Below, piece by piece: positions 44,071-59,457 of a DNA stretch of 64,000 nucleotides. The translations under genes and the position numbers were made by a program. The notes below the pieces were generated by a model that ran no database searches, was not told the origin of the DNA, and saw only the letters and a program-made list of their open reading frames with translations. Positions within the stretch are counted from its first letter, which is position 1. Every line of letters begins with the position of its first letter. This DNA is from Neocallimastix sp. 'constans' (lineage: Eukaryota). The stretch covers positions 1 to 64,000 of the forward strand of contig JBODTK010000159.1 in assembly GCA_050613775.1 (NCBI GenBank). Direction: 5' to 3'.

Positions 44071-46415
44071 TTTTTTTTGGTAATTCAAATTGGAGGAACT
44101 AAACATTATTTTTCAAAATCTAAATTTGGAAGACATCATGAACCAACAGCAGCAGGTAAATCAAGTACCTCAACTTAAAATAATCAACGACCCTCCTACA
44201 TTCTCTGGAAATACGAGGGAATTAGATGGCTTCCTTACAAGAATCGAATTGGCAATTGATGCCAATCCTCAACGATTTACTAATGAAGCTGCTAGGGTAA
44301 ACTTTATTATGTCTTATTTAACTGGAAAGGCTTTAAACTGGGCATCTTGCTTAAGAAGAAATAATAATCCCATTTTACAAAATTTAGAACAATTTGTAGC
44401 CGAATTAAGAAGAAATTTTGGTGATCCAGATGTTGAAGCTGTTGCTGCGAATGCTAAACTCTGCAATATTCACCAATTTAAATATGGCCATGTTGTTAAT
44501 TATATTACTGCCTTTCAAAAAGTTAGTCAATACTCAAACTTCAATGATGCCGCAAAAATTTATATGTTCATTAGAGGCTTACATCCAAAAATGCGTGAAT
44601 ATTTTAGCTTTAGTTAATCCAAACCCCAATGATTTAAATGCTTTGTTCAGAGATATCGTTAATATAGAAAGTTTAACAAAAAGAAACGATATCAAGGAAT
44701 ATTACTTGACGCATCAAGATAGGAGAAATTATAATAGTGATGATCCTATGGATGTAGATCTTTTCAGAATTAGTAAAGGACAGAGAAATATAAGATACTT
44801 TCCAACACACGAAAAAAACTACGAGGAACATAAAGAGAATAATTCCGATAAAAGAAGGAAAGGTCTGTGCTTCATTTGTGGAAAACCTGGACACTTAAAA
44901 TTTAATTGTCCAAATAAGAAAAGACCAAAAGGTGTTAAGATTATTAACAAATTCGACAACGAAAGCAAGTCTCCTTCTACCTCCCTCAAAAGAATTAAAA
45001 AGATCGAAGATTCTGAAAATATTTTTAATGTTTTAAATATAATAAATAACGAAAACTTGAATATAAAAGGAAAATCCAATATTATTGATTTTTATATTAA
45101 GACTAATGATACAGAAGAAGTCAAGGCAAAAGTTCTTATTGATTCTGGATCGGATCTTAATTTTATTCATCCTGAATTTGCTAGAATTAACAAATTCAAA
45201 CTTAATCTCATCGAGAAGCCCTTTAAAGTCGCTGGTCTTGGCTACGGAACCTCTAGTGTCAATAAGGAAACTGAAAAATGCATCTTACGCCTTAGGAATC
45301 ATTTTGAAGTAATAAAATTGTATGCCCTCCGTATTCCTGATGTTGATATTATTTTAGGACTCCCTTGGATCGAAAAGCATTGCCCTATCAACTACCATGA
45401 TTCAAAGAAAATCTCTTTCAGTTCAGGATACTGTGCTCGACATTGCAACGTAGGAAAAAGGAATAGAAAAAATAAGAATAAAAAGAAGTTAAACCAAATT
45501 TCTTCTAAAGGAAAGGAACCATATGAAGAACTTTCCTTAACAAAGGAAAAGAATAATCCTAAGCGTAAGTATTCCTTCGAATCTGATTCCGATATGGATT
45601 CTGATGAAGAAATTACGATTAGAGGTCGTCGCACTCGTATTAAAACTTGTAGTGAAAAAGAAGAACTTAATGATGTAAAAAATTTTTGTATAATTAATTA
45701 TGATAGTGATGTAAATGATAGTTTTATGTTTGATAATGATGATGAAATTTATGAATTTAGTGATAGTAATAATATTAATTTAGATGAATTAAATAAATTT
45801 TGTAAAATTGATGTTTTATGTAAAAATGTAACAAAAAATTGTAATCATAATGATAATTTAAATAAAGATGAAAATAAAAAGTATATTTCTAAAAAGTGTT
45901 CTGTGAAAAATTTGTGTTGTATCTGTAATTGTTTGAAAATTAGTAATTTTGAGAATAAATTAAATCAAAAAATTATAGGAATACCTCCTATTTATAACAA
46001 TTACGCAGAAGTATTCAATGAAAGAAATTGCAATGTACTCCCTCCACATCGTGAATATGATTGTGAAATAAGACTAAAGGATAATTCAAATTTATTTTAT
46101 GGTCCAATATATCCTTTAACTGAGGCAGAACGAGATGAACTAAAAAAGTATATAAAAGAAAATTTAGAAAAAGGATTCATTAGGAAATCCAAATCACCCG
46201 CTGGTGCACCTGTATTATTTGTTAAAAAGAAAGATGGTTCATTGAGATTATGTGTTGATTATAGAAAATTGAATGAAATGACCATCCGTAATTCTTATCC
46301 TCTTCCTTTAATAAGTGAATTATTAGATAGAGTTAAAGGTGCAAAATATTTTACCAAGTTGGACTTAAAGTCTGCCTACAATTTAGTAAGAATTAAAGAA
46401 GGTGATGAGTACAAG

Positions 46416-47186
46416 TGTAAAGATATTATTAATATCTTTAAATAATTTTAATTAAATTTAATCATAAATTTAAGTAAAATTAAAATAAATTTATTTGAAA
46501 TCACGTGTATAAAATTATTGAAAATATTTTTTACATAATTTCGATTTTTTCCCAATCATACTAATAAATTAAAAATTTCTCTTGTGAAACTAGTATTTGA
46601 AAATCATTTCTTTTTATGTAATTTAATTTAAATAATAAGAGTTAAGGTTTTTCACAAGATAAATTAACAACATGAAACTATGCAATTAGTCATGTTGAAA
46701 CTTACGGCATTTTATGCTAAATTTATATTAAATAATTATGACAACTTTTATATTATTTTTAAATAGAAAATATATAATAAATTTACTAATAATATTTAAA
46801 TAATAAATAAATAATAAATGAACTCAATTAGAATTGATTATATTTATTTTAGTTATTAATTATAATTCTCTTTATTTAGTAATAGTTAATTATTTATTAT
46901 TAGTTTAGGTTAGTATTGTTTTTAAATAAATAGCTAGATAATATAATTCAATAGGAATTATATATTATAAATGTAATAAGATAAAAATATAAATAGTTAT
47001 CAAATTTCATGTATTTTAATCGATGTAATTGTTATTAACGATTTCTTGTTAATAACACTTTAAAATAAATAAAGATTTTAATATTTAAAAAATTAATAAA
47101 ACTTGTTCTTTAAAACTATTATTTTGTGTTTTAGTGTTATTATTGAAGTGTTGATTTATAATCTATTTTTTTACCAAAACTTTATA
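46416..47186 (+). mobile_element. Solo LTR, family A, inside RT
   Basis: TSD ACAAG (46411-46415, 47187-47191); TGTAAAG...CTTTATA. Confidence 0.94.
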
Positions 47187-48304
47187 ACAAGACTGCATTT
47201 CGTACTAGATATGGTCATTTTGAATATTTAGTTATGCCTTTTGGCTTAAAAAATGCTCCAGCCACCTTCCAGCATTTTATAAATGATGTTCTTAGCGATT
47301 ACTTAGATGATTTTGTTATTTCTTACATTGATGATATATTAATTTATTCGAATAGTTTAGAGGAACATCATGAACACGTTAAAAAGGTGCTTAAAAAATT
47401 ATTAGAAAATGACTTGTACATTAAATTAGAGAAATGTGAATTCGATGTTACTGAAACCACTTTCCTTGGTTACATTTTATCAAAAGACGGCTTGAAAGTT
47501 GATCCTGAAAAGGTTAAAGCTATCCTAGATTGGCCTGTTCCTTCTAATGTAAAGGAAATACAATCATTTATTGGATTATGTAATTATTATAGAATTTTTA
47601 TCAAGGATTTTGCTAAGATTGCGCGGCCCTTACATAAACTTACCAGGAAAAATGTTCCATTTCTCTGGGGTTCTGATCAACAAAAATCCTTTGATAAATT
47701 AAAAGAACTTTTTACTTCTGCTCCAATTTTAAGAAATCCTGATAGTAACAAACCTTTCATTGTGGAAACTGATGCTTCTAATTTCGCTGTTGGAGCTATA
47801 CTTTCCCAAGAATTTGATGGTCAGTTACACCCAATTGCTTTTATTTCTACCAGTCTAACCAAATCTCAACTAAATTACCCCATTTATGATAAAGAGCTTC
47901 TTGCAATTAAAGTTGCTTTGGAAGAATGGCGTCATTACCTTGAAGGTGCTCACCATCCATTTACTATTTATACCGATCATAAAAACCTTACTTTTCCTAG
48001 GAAGCCTGAGCTACTTTCTCAACGACAAATTCGTTGGTATGAATTTCTTTCTCGTTTCGATTTTAATCTTGTGTATCGTTCTGGTAAAAAATCTGGTAAA
48101 CCAGATATTTTGTCAAGAAGAAGTGATCATTTATTTGATTGTTCTCGTGATGTTTCTTGTTGTGTTATTAATCGTAACTCATGTGACGAGTCCTTAATTA
48201 ATTCTATTTTGAAATCTTTAAATAATGATGATCTTTTTATAAAAATTAAATCATTTATTTTAAATAATAGTAATGTTAATCCACCTATTAAATTTATTGA
48301 TAAG

Positions 48305-48945
48305 TATAACAGAATTAATAATTACAATTATTTTATTATTTTAATATTTAGTATTATTTTTCAATAAAGTTTTAAAACAAATAATTAAATTTAAAAAATA
48401 TTATTTCTGATATAGTTGTTAGTAACTAATACCATGAATCAAACTACTTAGGGTTCGATTCACATTTATTATTATTTTATAGTTTTATTCTAAAAAATAT
48501 CTAGAAGATTCTTTATAGTTCAAGAAATTACTAGAATTTCTTGATAATTCTTGTGTTTAATTAATTAAAATTTATTCTATTAAATTCTTAATTCTATTGT
48601 TTTCTATTTTTTCTAAATTTTTCGATTTTTAAGAACTTTTTAGAAACTTTTATTTTTATTTTTTAATAACTTTAACTTTTGAAAAAAATATAAATATGAG
48701 TAAAATTCTTATTAACAAATATTCTTTTCTTTGTGTTTTTTATTTTAATTTTGTTTAGTTAATAAAACTTAATTTTTTAATAAAACTTTTTTTAATATTA
48801 ATACTATATCAACCCTTGCGGCTTATAGTATTATAATAAATATAATTAATAAAATAATTATAATAAAAGAAAAAAAATAAATAAAAAATAAAATAATTTT
48901 TGTTTTTTTTGAGTATTATTATATTTATTATAATATTTTGTTATA
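48305..48945 (+). mobile_element. Solo LTR (family E, distant relative of family C) with TA...TA ends
   Basis: TSD ATAAG; TATAACA...TGTTATA; carries GGGTTCGATTCAC, a TATA box and TTGTGTTTTT in the same order as the family C LTR. Confidence 0.85.
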
Positions 48946-51512
48946 ATAAGTGTAAAATTGATAAGGAAGGTTTCTTACTTTTTGATAACTTAATTTATGT
49001 CCCTCAGAATCTTCGCACAAGAGTTCTTGAAATACACCATGACTCTGTTACTGCTGGTCATTTCGGTGTACGCAAAACATTTGATTTGATTAATCGTAAC
49101 TTTTGGTGGCCTAAGTTACGTAATGATGTTAAAAAGTTTGTTAAGTCCTGTGAAACTTGCTGCAAAGCTAAAGTTCCAAGACATAAACCCTACGGTCTTT
49201 TATCTCCTTTGTCTACCCCCGACAGACCATGGTCAGACATCTCCATGGATTTTATTGTTGAATTACCGAAATCCAAAGATATGACCACTGTCATGACTGT
49301 TGTAGATAGATTGACTAAAATGGCACATTTTATTCCTTTACGTTGTCTTCCTACTGCTTCAATTGCTGCCGATTCTTTTATTAACCATATCTTTAGGTTA
49401 CATGGCTTTCCTGATTCCATTGTTTCGGATAGAGGTACGCAATTTACTTCTGATTTTTGGAATCGTCTTTGCGAATTATTAAACATTAAGTTGTCATTCT
49501 CCACTTCGAACCATCCGCAGACTGATGGTCAAACGGAGAGGGTGAACGGAATATTGGAACAATATCTCCGTTGTTTCATAAATGAAAAACAAAATAATTG
49601 GGTTGACTTGTTGCCTTTTGCCGAATTTGCTTATAATAATACTCTGCAACAATCAATCAATCAATCACCATTTTTTGCAAACTATGGATTTAATCCAAAA
49701 TTTAGTTTAGAAATTCCTTCTTCAGATAGTCCTCATAATAGAGCTGATGTTAGAATGAAAGATATAAATGAAAATATTAAATTTTTAAAGGAAAATTTAG
49801 AGTCAGCTAAAGAAACTTATAAAAAGTATGCCGATTTCAAAAGATCATCCTCGCCAGATTTTGAAGTTGGTAAAAAAGTTTGGTTACTCAAAGGAAATAC
49901 AACTAAGAATGTAAAAAGGAAATTAGCAGACCAAATGCTTGGTCCATTTGAAATTGTGAAGAAAGTTAGTTCATTAGCCTACGAACTCAAATTACCAAGT
50001 AATATGCGTTGTCACCCTGTTTTCCATGTATCTTTACTGGAACCATTTTATGAAAATGAATTTGCTAATAGAAATAATAGGAAAAGAAAGAATATTAAGT
50101 TAACTACCGATACCATAGATAAGATTCCTGAAAGAATTATTGATATGAGGACATATAGAGGAAAAAATCGTTTCCTCGTATCTTGGAAAGGCCTAGATTC
50201 TGTTGAAGATTCTTGGATCGATGAAGATCAAATTTACGATAGACAGCTAATTCAAGAGTACTTTCGTAAATCTAAAAGGAATAAACGAAATAATGTGGTT
50301 GATGATGGTGATAAAGATTTTAATGAAGAATACATTAGGCATAAATATCAACCATTTATAATTGACATTCCTTCCCGGAGATTGAACTCTATAGTTCGCA
50401 GGAGCTCAACTTAAAGGGCGAGAATGTAAAGATTAATAAAATCTTTAATAATTAATTATTACATAATTAATTAATGTAATAAAATTACATAAATTTATGA
50501 TTTACGTATATGAAAATTAATTATAAATTTATGTAAACTTTTCATAAAGGAAAAATTATTATTTAAATAATTTTGGATAATAACTTAAATCTAAATAATT
50601 TATTTAAGTTAGTTAATTTAGTTTAGTTTATTTAAAATAGTTATTCTATTTAACTTAGTTAATTTAGTTTAGTTAGTTTAAAATACTTTAAAATTAATTT
50701 CGGAATAGTTTTAAATAGTTAAAATTAGTTTAAATAGTTTACAAAAATAGTTTTGAATTGTAAATATATAAACATTAGTATTAATAATATTTATATAATA
50801 AATATATAATAAATGAGTTGTTATTGAATTTAATTATTATTGTAAATAAGTTGAAAGTTTATTAAATTAATTATTGTTTAGTTTAGTTAATTATTATTTA
50901 ATAAAATTATTAATAAATATTTTGTTTATAAATAAATAGTAATATATGTAAATTAGATAGAAATAATATATTATAATGTAATAATGAAAAAATATAAATA
51001 CATGTAAATTTCTATAATTAAATCGATGTATTAGTTATTGACTATATGATAGTTAATAACAAAAAGAGATTTAATTTTTTTTTTTTATTTAATTAATAAA
51101 GATTATTTTATTTAAAAAAAAGAATTTTTATTACGTGTTTTTTTTTTATTTTGGTGTTAAAATTTGTTATTTGTAATCTGTTTCTGATAGAACTCTTTAC
51201 AGATTGATCTAATTATATTATTTAAATTCAGAAAGGTATTATTGGTTATATTTGGTATATGAGCTAGTTTCAATTTATTGGTTGATTTATTAAGTTAAAA
51301 AAAAATTATATTACATTTAATTGATTACTTATTTTTTAAACATTCTCTTAAGTAATTTATTATTAATTTTTTTTTATATTATTCCATAAATTGGTCTTGC
51401 TCACCTTTTAACCTTCAATATTTTAACGCCGACAATTTCAGCATGGAATTCACTATTTAGTATCCATTTTGATTATTTATTCCTGCTGATCATTTTCAGC
51501 ATGAAAATAAAT

Positions 51513-51551
<39 letters not shown>

Positions 51552-52699
51552 TATTATTATTATTATTATTATTATTTTGATAAAAGAAAACTTAGAATGT
51601 TTATATAATAAGATTGATTTGTTTTTGTGAGATAGAATTGAGCTTATTTTAAAATGATTTTATGTTCTATTTTGAATAAGTTAAGTATTTGAGCTTGATT
51701 CATATTTTTATTCGTTTAAAATAAAATATTTTTATATTAATGCTTGATAATCGATCTACTACTTATGATATATTTATAAAAATTTTTTTGAAACTAATTT
51801 TTCGCTTTAAAGATACGGATTTAAATATAATTAATTTTAATTGTAACAGATATTAAAATAGCTTGTATATAATTTTGGTTTACAAAAAAATAGTTAAGCT
51901 CTACTTGATAATAAGTAATTTGTTCTTTAAGAAATAGTTTTAATGTTTAAAAATAAGCATTAATTATAAAATCAATTGAAAGAATATTTAGTATTGCTTA
52001 TTAATTAATTTAATAAATAATAAAATCACATTGAAGAACTTTTTTTTTTGTTCGTATATGATATTTACTCTTATTTATTCTTTTTTCAAAATTAATAAAT
52101 CATATAAAATCTAAAGCTATAAAATTATTAAAATAATTATTTTCTATTAAATGAATCTTATTAAAAAAAAAATAAAAGATAAATTAAAATAAAATATACT
52201 AGTATATTTGTTTCCATAAATTTCCATTGCAATTTTGTTATTAAAATTTTTAGGATTAGTTAGATCAATAAATAATAACTAATGAAACTAAAAATAAAAT
52301 ATCAAAAAAAAAAAAACATTATAAATAATCTTTTAGTTTATTTAGTAATATTTGATAAAACAGTAAATTAATAAATTCAGTATATATAATTAATATAAAT
52401 AAAATAAAAAAAAAGAAATGAAATGAAAAAAAAAAAGAAAGAAAGAAATGAAAATTACTTTAAATTAATAACAAGATTTTTGAATTTAAATAAAAAACAA
52501 AAATAAAATTAATTTTTTTTTTTAAAAAATAAAAAAAAACAATAAATAGAAAAGATGAATTTAATATCTATAATTAATAAAAATAATACTGATATAAATA
52601 AAAAGTAAGAGGTTAAACAATATGAAATAATAAGATATAATGAAGGACAAAAATAAAAAATAATTACTATACTCAAAAAGATGAAATATCTTATAATAA

Positions 52700-52737
<38 letters not shown>

Positions 52738-54579
52738 AATTTTTATTAATAATAAAATTTTTAAAAATAAGACATTAAAATATATTGAATATAACTTTAC
52801 ACCACTTATTTATTTAATAATAATTTTAATACTAAAATTATATTTTCAATTCAATTATAATGTAAATAATGAGGATAATTATGATTACACAATTATATAT
52901 TATGGAATTTTTAAAGAAGTTAATAAAACTGTTAAATATTTATAAATATTTTTAACATTTTTAACAGTAATACGATAGTAGTTCTTATTTCAAATCTCAA
53001 ACTATTCTCCATATTTCTATTTTTTTGTTTTTTTGTTTTTTTGTTTTTTGTTTTTTGTTTAGATTTAATAGATATTTTAAATATAACTGAAATAGGATAT
53101 AATATAAGGAAAATAATTATAAATGAAGTTGATAATTTTTATTTATTTTAATATACAATATATTTTATCTTGGATATAATTTTAAATATTCTAAAAAAGT
53201 TAATAATTATAAAATATATTAATTTATATATGTCAGTGATAATTTAATTAAATAGTGAAGTAGTATAAAAGAGTAAAGCATTAAAAAAAATAGAATAAAA
53301 ATAAGTAGTGAAATAATATAAAAGAGTAAAGTATTAATAAAAATAAAATAAAAAAATTAAAAAATAAATAAATAATAATAGTAAAAATAAAAAATATTAT
53401 AATTATAATAAAGAGTATATAAAGAGCTTATACTATTCTCTTTTATTTAAAAAAAAATTATAAATGATATTTCCATTTCTAAATGACTTTAATTTTATTA
53501 ACTAATTTTATACTTTATTTTTTATATAAAGTATTATAATTTATTATAAACTTATATGCATTTATATATATTCTTTTATATATTTTCATTTATTCATTCA
53601 CATTCACATATTTATTTATTTATTAATACTTCTATACATTTATTCTTATTTGTTTATTTATGATATTCAGTTACCATTGGTTTATTTTTATTTTTATTTT
53701 TTGAAAATATTTAATTTTTATTTATATATTTATTTATATATTTATTCATTTATACATTTTTATTAATATATTCTATATATGGATTTTATATATACATATT
53801 ATTCTATCATTCTTTATTTACTCTTTATTTCATATTAATCTATATTATTTATTTTCATATTTAATAGTATATTAAATCATTTATTTATTTAATAATGATT
53901 TATTTATTCATTTATTGAATCATTTGGTATCATCTGTAAATTCAATTTAATTATTTATTTTTCCCTTTTTTTTTCCTTTTCATAATAGATTAATAATTAT
54001 TAAAATTTTCTAATTATCATATGAAAATAATAAAAAATATAAATAAATATTAAACAAAGCCAAAACAGGAATTTTTTTTTTTAAAAAATTGATTCTATAA
54101 ATATATAAAAATTAATAAATAAATATTTAATAGTTAAATAATTATTAAATAAAGATTTAGTAATTAAATAATTGATAAGGAAATAATATAGAAATAACAA
54201 AGTAAGTAAATAAAGTTAAATAAAAATAAAAATAGAATTGATAATTTTATTAATAAAGTTATAAAATAATAAATATTTTGAATCAAATAATAAAAATTTA
54301 AAGTTTCATAACAAAATTTGTTGTTTCAATTATGACAGCTTTTTTTTTTTTTTTATAAATTGTTTTTATCTTACATATATTACATTATACATAAAATATA
54401 TATTTTTATATATTTTTAAATTATACTTTATTTTTGGGGAAAAAATAAATTAATATTTAATAAATAGTAACTTTAATTTATAATTAATTTGATTTTTTAT
54501 TAAATGGAAATTTCAATTATTAATTTTTTGTTTTAATGGCATTTATTTATTATGTATTATCTATTATTTATTATGTATT

Positions 54580-55015
54580 ATAATAAATAATAAATAATAA
54601 ATAATTAAATAATAAATAATAAATAATAAATATTAAATAATTAAATAATAAATAATAAATAATAATTAAATAATAAATAATAAATAATAAATAATAAATA
54701 ATAAATAATAAATAATAAATAATAAATAATAGATAATAAATAATAGATAATAGATAATAGATAATAGATAATAAATAATAAATAATAGATAATAAATAAT
54801 AAATAATAAATAATAAATAATGAAATAATTAATAATGAAATAATTAATAATAAATAATAAATAATTAAATAATAAATAATAAATAATAAATAATAAGTAA
54901 TAAATAATAAATAATAAATAATAAATAATAAATAAATAATAAATAATAAATAATAAATAATAAATAAATAATAAATAATAAATAAATAATATATAATAAA
55001 TAAATAATAAATAAT
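54580..55015. repeat. (AATAAAT)n heptamer satellite
   Basis: Long imperfect 7-mer run. Confidence 0.9.
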
Positions 55016-58000
55016 TAATTAATTAAAAATTAAATATAAATAATAAATATATAAATAAATATAAATTTTTATATTTTCTATTTAGGCTAGTCTTGCATTG
55101 TCTTTTACATATTTTAAAATTTTTTTTATAGTATATCCTATTTTATTTGGTGGAAAAAATTTAAAGTTTAAAAACTTAAAAATCAACTACGCTTAGTTAA
55201 AATTTTTACATTAATTAAATTATATGAATGTATTATTGGAAATGTATACATTATTAGAATCTTTATTTTTGTATGATAAATTTTTTTGTTCTCCATTCAT
55301 TTAATTTATTATTATTTATTATTATTTATAATTATTTATAATTATTGCTATGAGATAACAAAGACCTTTAATAAAAATGATCCATTGACAGTAGTATTTA
55401 TTTATAGAATAGCATAAACTTTAAAATTTTTATTTTGTTCAATTTATTAATCACTGCCTTAGTTTATTACTGTTATTATTATTATGAATGCTTAACTTAT
55501 TTTAAAATCATTTTCCTATATCATTATAATATATAGCTATTAGTAAATATATCCATTTAGATGTGCTAAATATATCCTAGTAAGAGTTATGAGTAATCTA
55601 ACAATTTAAAAATTCAAATCAAATCTTGAACAATAAATTATGATTTAATTGAATCTCTGATAGAAGTTTTTTTAAATACAATTAAATAATATTTTAATTT
55701 TATAGATATTTTTACTTTTATTCTTTTATATAATACTTTTCATTTTTTTAATTATACATGATACTTTATACTATTTATATTATTTATTATTATTTACATC
55801 ATTTATATTATTTAAATTATTTATATTATTTATATTATATATATCATTTTATATTATTTATATTTTATTAGTTATATTAATTACATTATTTATAAAAAAT
55901 GAAAAAGAAAAATAAAATAATAAAAATTTATATATTTATCATTTTAATATTACTGCCATTGTTCATTGTTTGAAAAATAAAATGAAATATAAAGTTTTTA
56001 ATTTTTAAATAAAAGCCTAATCATAATGAGAAGACAAGAGTAAAAATTTTAAGTAAAGAAAAGAACGAAAGATAAAATTTTGAATTAAATAATAAATAAA
56101 TACATAAATATAAATATATATCTTTTTTTTTTTTTTTTTTTAGAAAGAAAAAAAAAAAAAAAAAGATCCATTGTTTCATTATTACATATTAAAAATAATA
56201 AAAAAAAATTAAAATTTTAATTATTTATAAATTTGTTATTTATATATTAAATTTTTTTATATGGTAATGATAATAATTTTTTTTTATAAATTTTTTTTCT
56301 TGCATGTGAAAATATTTTTATTTTTCTTTTTAAAGTAAATACATTTTAAATACATTATAAATACATTCAATCCCATGATGTATTTAATTATATATAATTT
56401 TTAAACCTTTGACTCTTTTGAATCTATCTTTACTTTAAGAAATAATAAATAATAAATAAAAATAAACGTCAAGAAAGTCTTTATGTAATAAAATATGCTT
56501 TTATTTTTGCTTTGTTTTATTTTATCTTATATACATACATATTATTAATAGTATTTATAAATGATATAATAATAAACCCAATAAATAAAAAAAATTTTTT
56601 GTTTATATATAAAAAAAATTTAAATATAGAAATAATTAAAATTAAATATAAATAATAAATCTTATTTCTTATTTATTAATATAGAAAAAAATTAATATAG
56701 AAAAATTACTACTAAATATTATTTTGTAAATTTATATGCTAGTATTACTGCCTTTATCAATATCTATAATTTTCTAATTTTTTTCTTTTTTTTTATTTGT
56801 TTTCTTGCTTGCTTGCTAAAGTATAGAGTAATCGCTAAATTATTACTGAATTATAATTAAATTACAATAATATAATAATTTGAAATAATAATAATAATAA
56901 TAAAAATAATAATAATAATTATTATTATTATTATAATTGAAAAAGAAGAATTAAATATTCCTTAATAATATTATTAATTATTAATCAAATATTAAATATG
57001 ATAAAAAATATTTAAACTAAAAAAATCTTATATAATATAATATATTTATATTTATTATTAGCATTTAAAATATTTTTATGGCATAAATAATTATTCAATT
57101 AATTTATATTTAATATATCAACTATGGAATGAAATTATTTTAATATATAAAGTTTTAATATATATATAAATTTATTATAGATTAATATATAATAATCTAT
57201 TATTATATATGCAAATTTATACTTTGAATTATACTATTTATTATATTATACTTTGAATTTATTACAATAAAAACTATTTAAAACTTTTATTTTTATTTTT
57301 TTTGATATATTATTAGTACTATGTTTTATAAATAAAATATGAACTTTATATAATCTTCATATTGATCAATATTATATTTGCATATAATACAATATAATTA
57401 ATTATTAATTACAAATAAGAAATTGATTCCAAACTTTAATAGTTTATACAAAAATGGAAAAAATAAAGAATATTAGGATTATTTTTATTTAAAATAAGCT
57501 TAAAGATAATTCATTCTTCCTTATAATTTAAAAATTATTCATAATATCTATTTAACTGTATATAAAGTATTTAATAATTAATTCTATTTATTTATCTATA
57601 TTTATTAACTTTTAGATATTTATACTTATTTATTTATATTTATTTATTTATTTATTTATTATATAGCATTTATTTATTTATTTATAAATAATATTATATC
57701 TAATTTTTATTTAAATAACCCTAGAATTGGTAATAACAATATTAATTTGTCTTCACAAATTTTTTATTTCATTTTATTTTATCCTTTTTTTTTTTTTTTT
57801 GTTCATTTCTTAATTGAATTGAAAATTTTTATTTTTTAATTGGTATAATATATAAACATATATTATCTTTATATTGTATTATATAACATTTTTGACCCAA
57901 TCTTGGTTATATTTGTTTTAATGATTGGCTTGTAATATAGTATTAATTATTTCATAATATAAATTTAAATGAACATTTAATAAATTAAAAAATAGAGCAT

Positions 58001-58309
58001 TTCTTAACAAACGTTCATTCTATTCAATTGATTGAACAAATATTAGTATTTAAAGTTATTAGCCATGAACTTTGGTGCTAGAATAATTTATTTTAGGTAT
58101 ATTAACATTAATAGAAAAACTATATAAAAAAGAAAAAAACTTTTATTCCTTTATACTCTAAATATATTATTTATAATTATAAATAATATATTAAGTTATA
58201 AATAATTACAAAATATAAAATATAAACTATGAAATATAAATAAAGATAAAATATAAAATTAATAATGAAAAATAATAATATAATAATTTGAATGATAAAT
58301 AATAAATTA

Positions 58310-58665
58310 TGAATAATAAATAATAATAAATAATAAATAATAAATAATAAATAATAAATAATAAATAATAAATAATAAATAATAAAATAATAAAATAATA
58401 AATAATAAATAATAAATAATAAATAATAAATAATAAATAATAAATAATTAAATAATAAATAATAAATAATAAATAATAAATAATAAATAATAAATAATTA
58501 AATAATAAATAATAAATAATAAATAATAAATAATAAATAATAAATAATAAATAATTGAATAATTGAATAATAAATAATAAATAATAAATAATAGATAATA
58601 AATAATAAATAATAAATAATAAATAATAAATAATAAATAATAAATAAATAAATAATAAATATAAA
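58310..58665. repeat. (AATAAAT)n heptamer satellite
   Basis: Long imperfect 7-mer run. Confidence 0.9.
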
Positions 58666-59457
58666 TAATAATTAAATAAATATTAAAATATTATTTATAA
58701 AATATAAAATATAAAATATAATTAAAATATTTTATATTTTATGTTTTAATTTAATAAATAATATATATATTTATATTCTGTAATTATATAGTAAAATATA
58801 TTTTTTTATACTTATTCCTTATTTTTATTTTATTTTATTTATTTTTAATATTTATTAATTACAAATAATAAATTTAATTATCATTTAATTTATACTTTTA
58901 ATTTTTTAAAATTTTATAAAAATAAATAAATAAATAAATAAATATCATAAAAAATGATATAAAAGGTATAAAATACCTTTTTATATTTTATTACTTTACT
59001 CTTGCATCCCTTTTTTTTTTTTTTTTTAAATTTTGAAATTACAAAAGTTCTTTTTTTTTTTATTCCTCAATTTTCTCTTATATATAAATAAAGAAAAATA
59101 ATAAGAGAAGTATTCAAATATTAAATTTTTATATAAGGATATATTTAAAACTTTAATAATAAATTTAGAGTTATTTAAAGAAAAAAAAAAGAAAGGTATT
59201 TATAAATATATTATATTAATAATAAGTATTATAAATAATAAAATAAGTAAAAAATAAAAATTTGCTAAACAAAAATAAAAAAAAAAGTTAAAAAATAAAA
59301 AAAAAAGTTAAAGCTAATATTAGTTATATGCCTATTCATTAATTGTTTATTATATTATTATTATTATTATTATTAAAAATACTTTTATTTAACTCTTGAA
59401 ATAAAAATTCTAAAAAATGTTGGAACATTTTTATTGAATATTTTTTCAAATTAGAAA

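Larger units (their letters stand above)
44090..50414 (+). pseudogene. Gag-Pol of family B, with one frameshift (~44605) and two insertions
   Basis: Removing 46416-47191 restores [13 protein letters not shown]. Removing 48305-48950 restores FIDK|CKIDKEG. All domains are present. Confidence 0.92.
42808..51201 (+). mobile_element. Full-length Ty3/Gypsy chromovirus (family B) interrupted by two solo LTRs
   Basis: LTRs at 42808-43575 and 50425-51201 differ mainly in homopolymers; TSD GATTG; PBS 43576-43586; PPT AAAGGGCGAGAA. Confidence 0.96.

Noticed and set aside
51210..59400. Hidden genes in the 8-kb AT-rich stretch
   Set aside because: No credible ORF, RNA gene or terminal-repeat structure was seen, only simple repeats.
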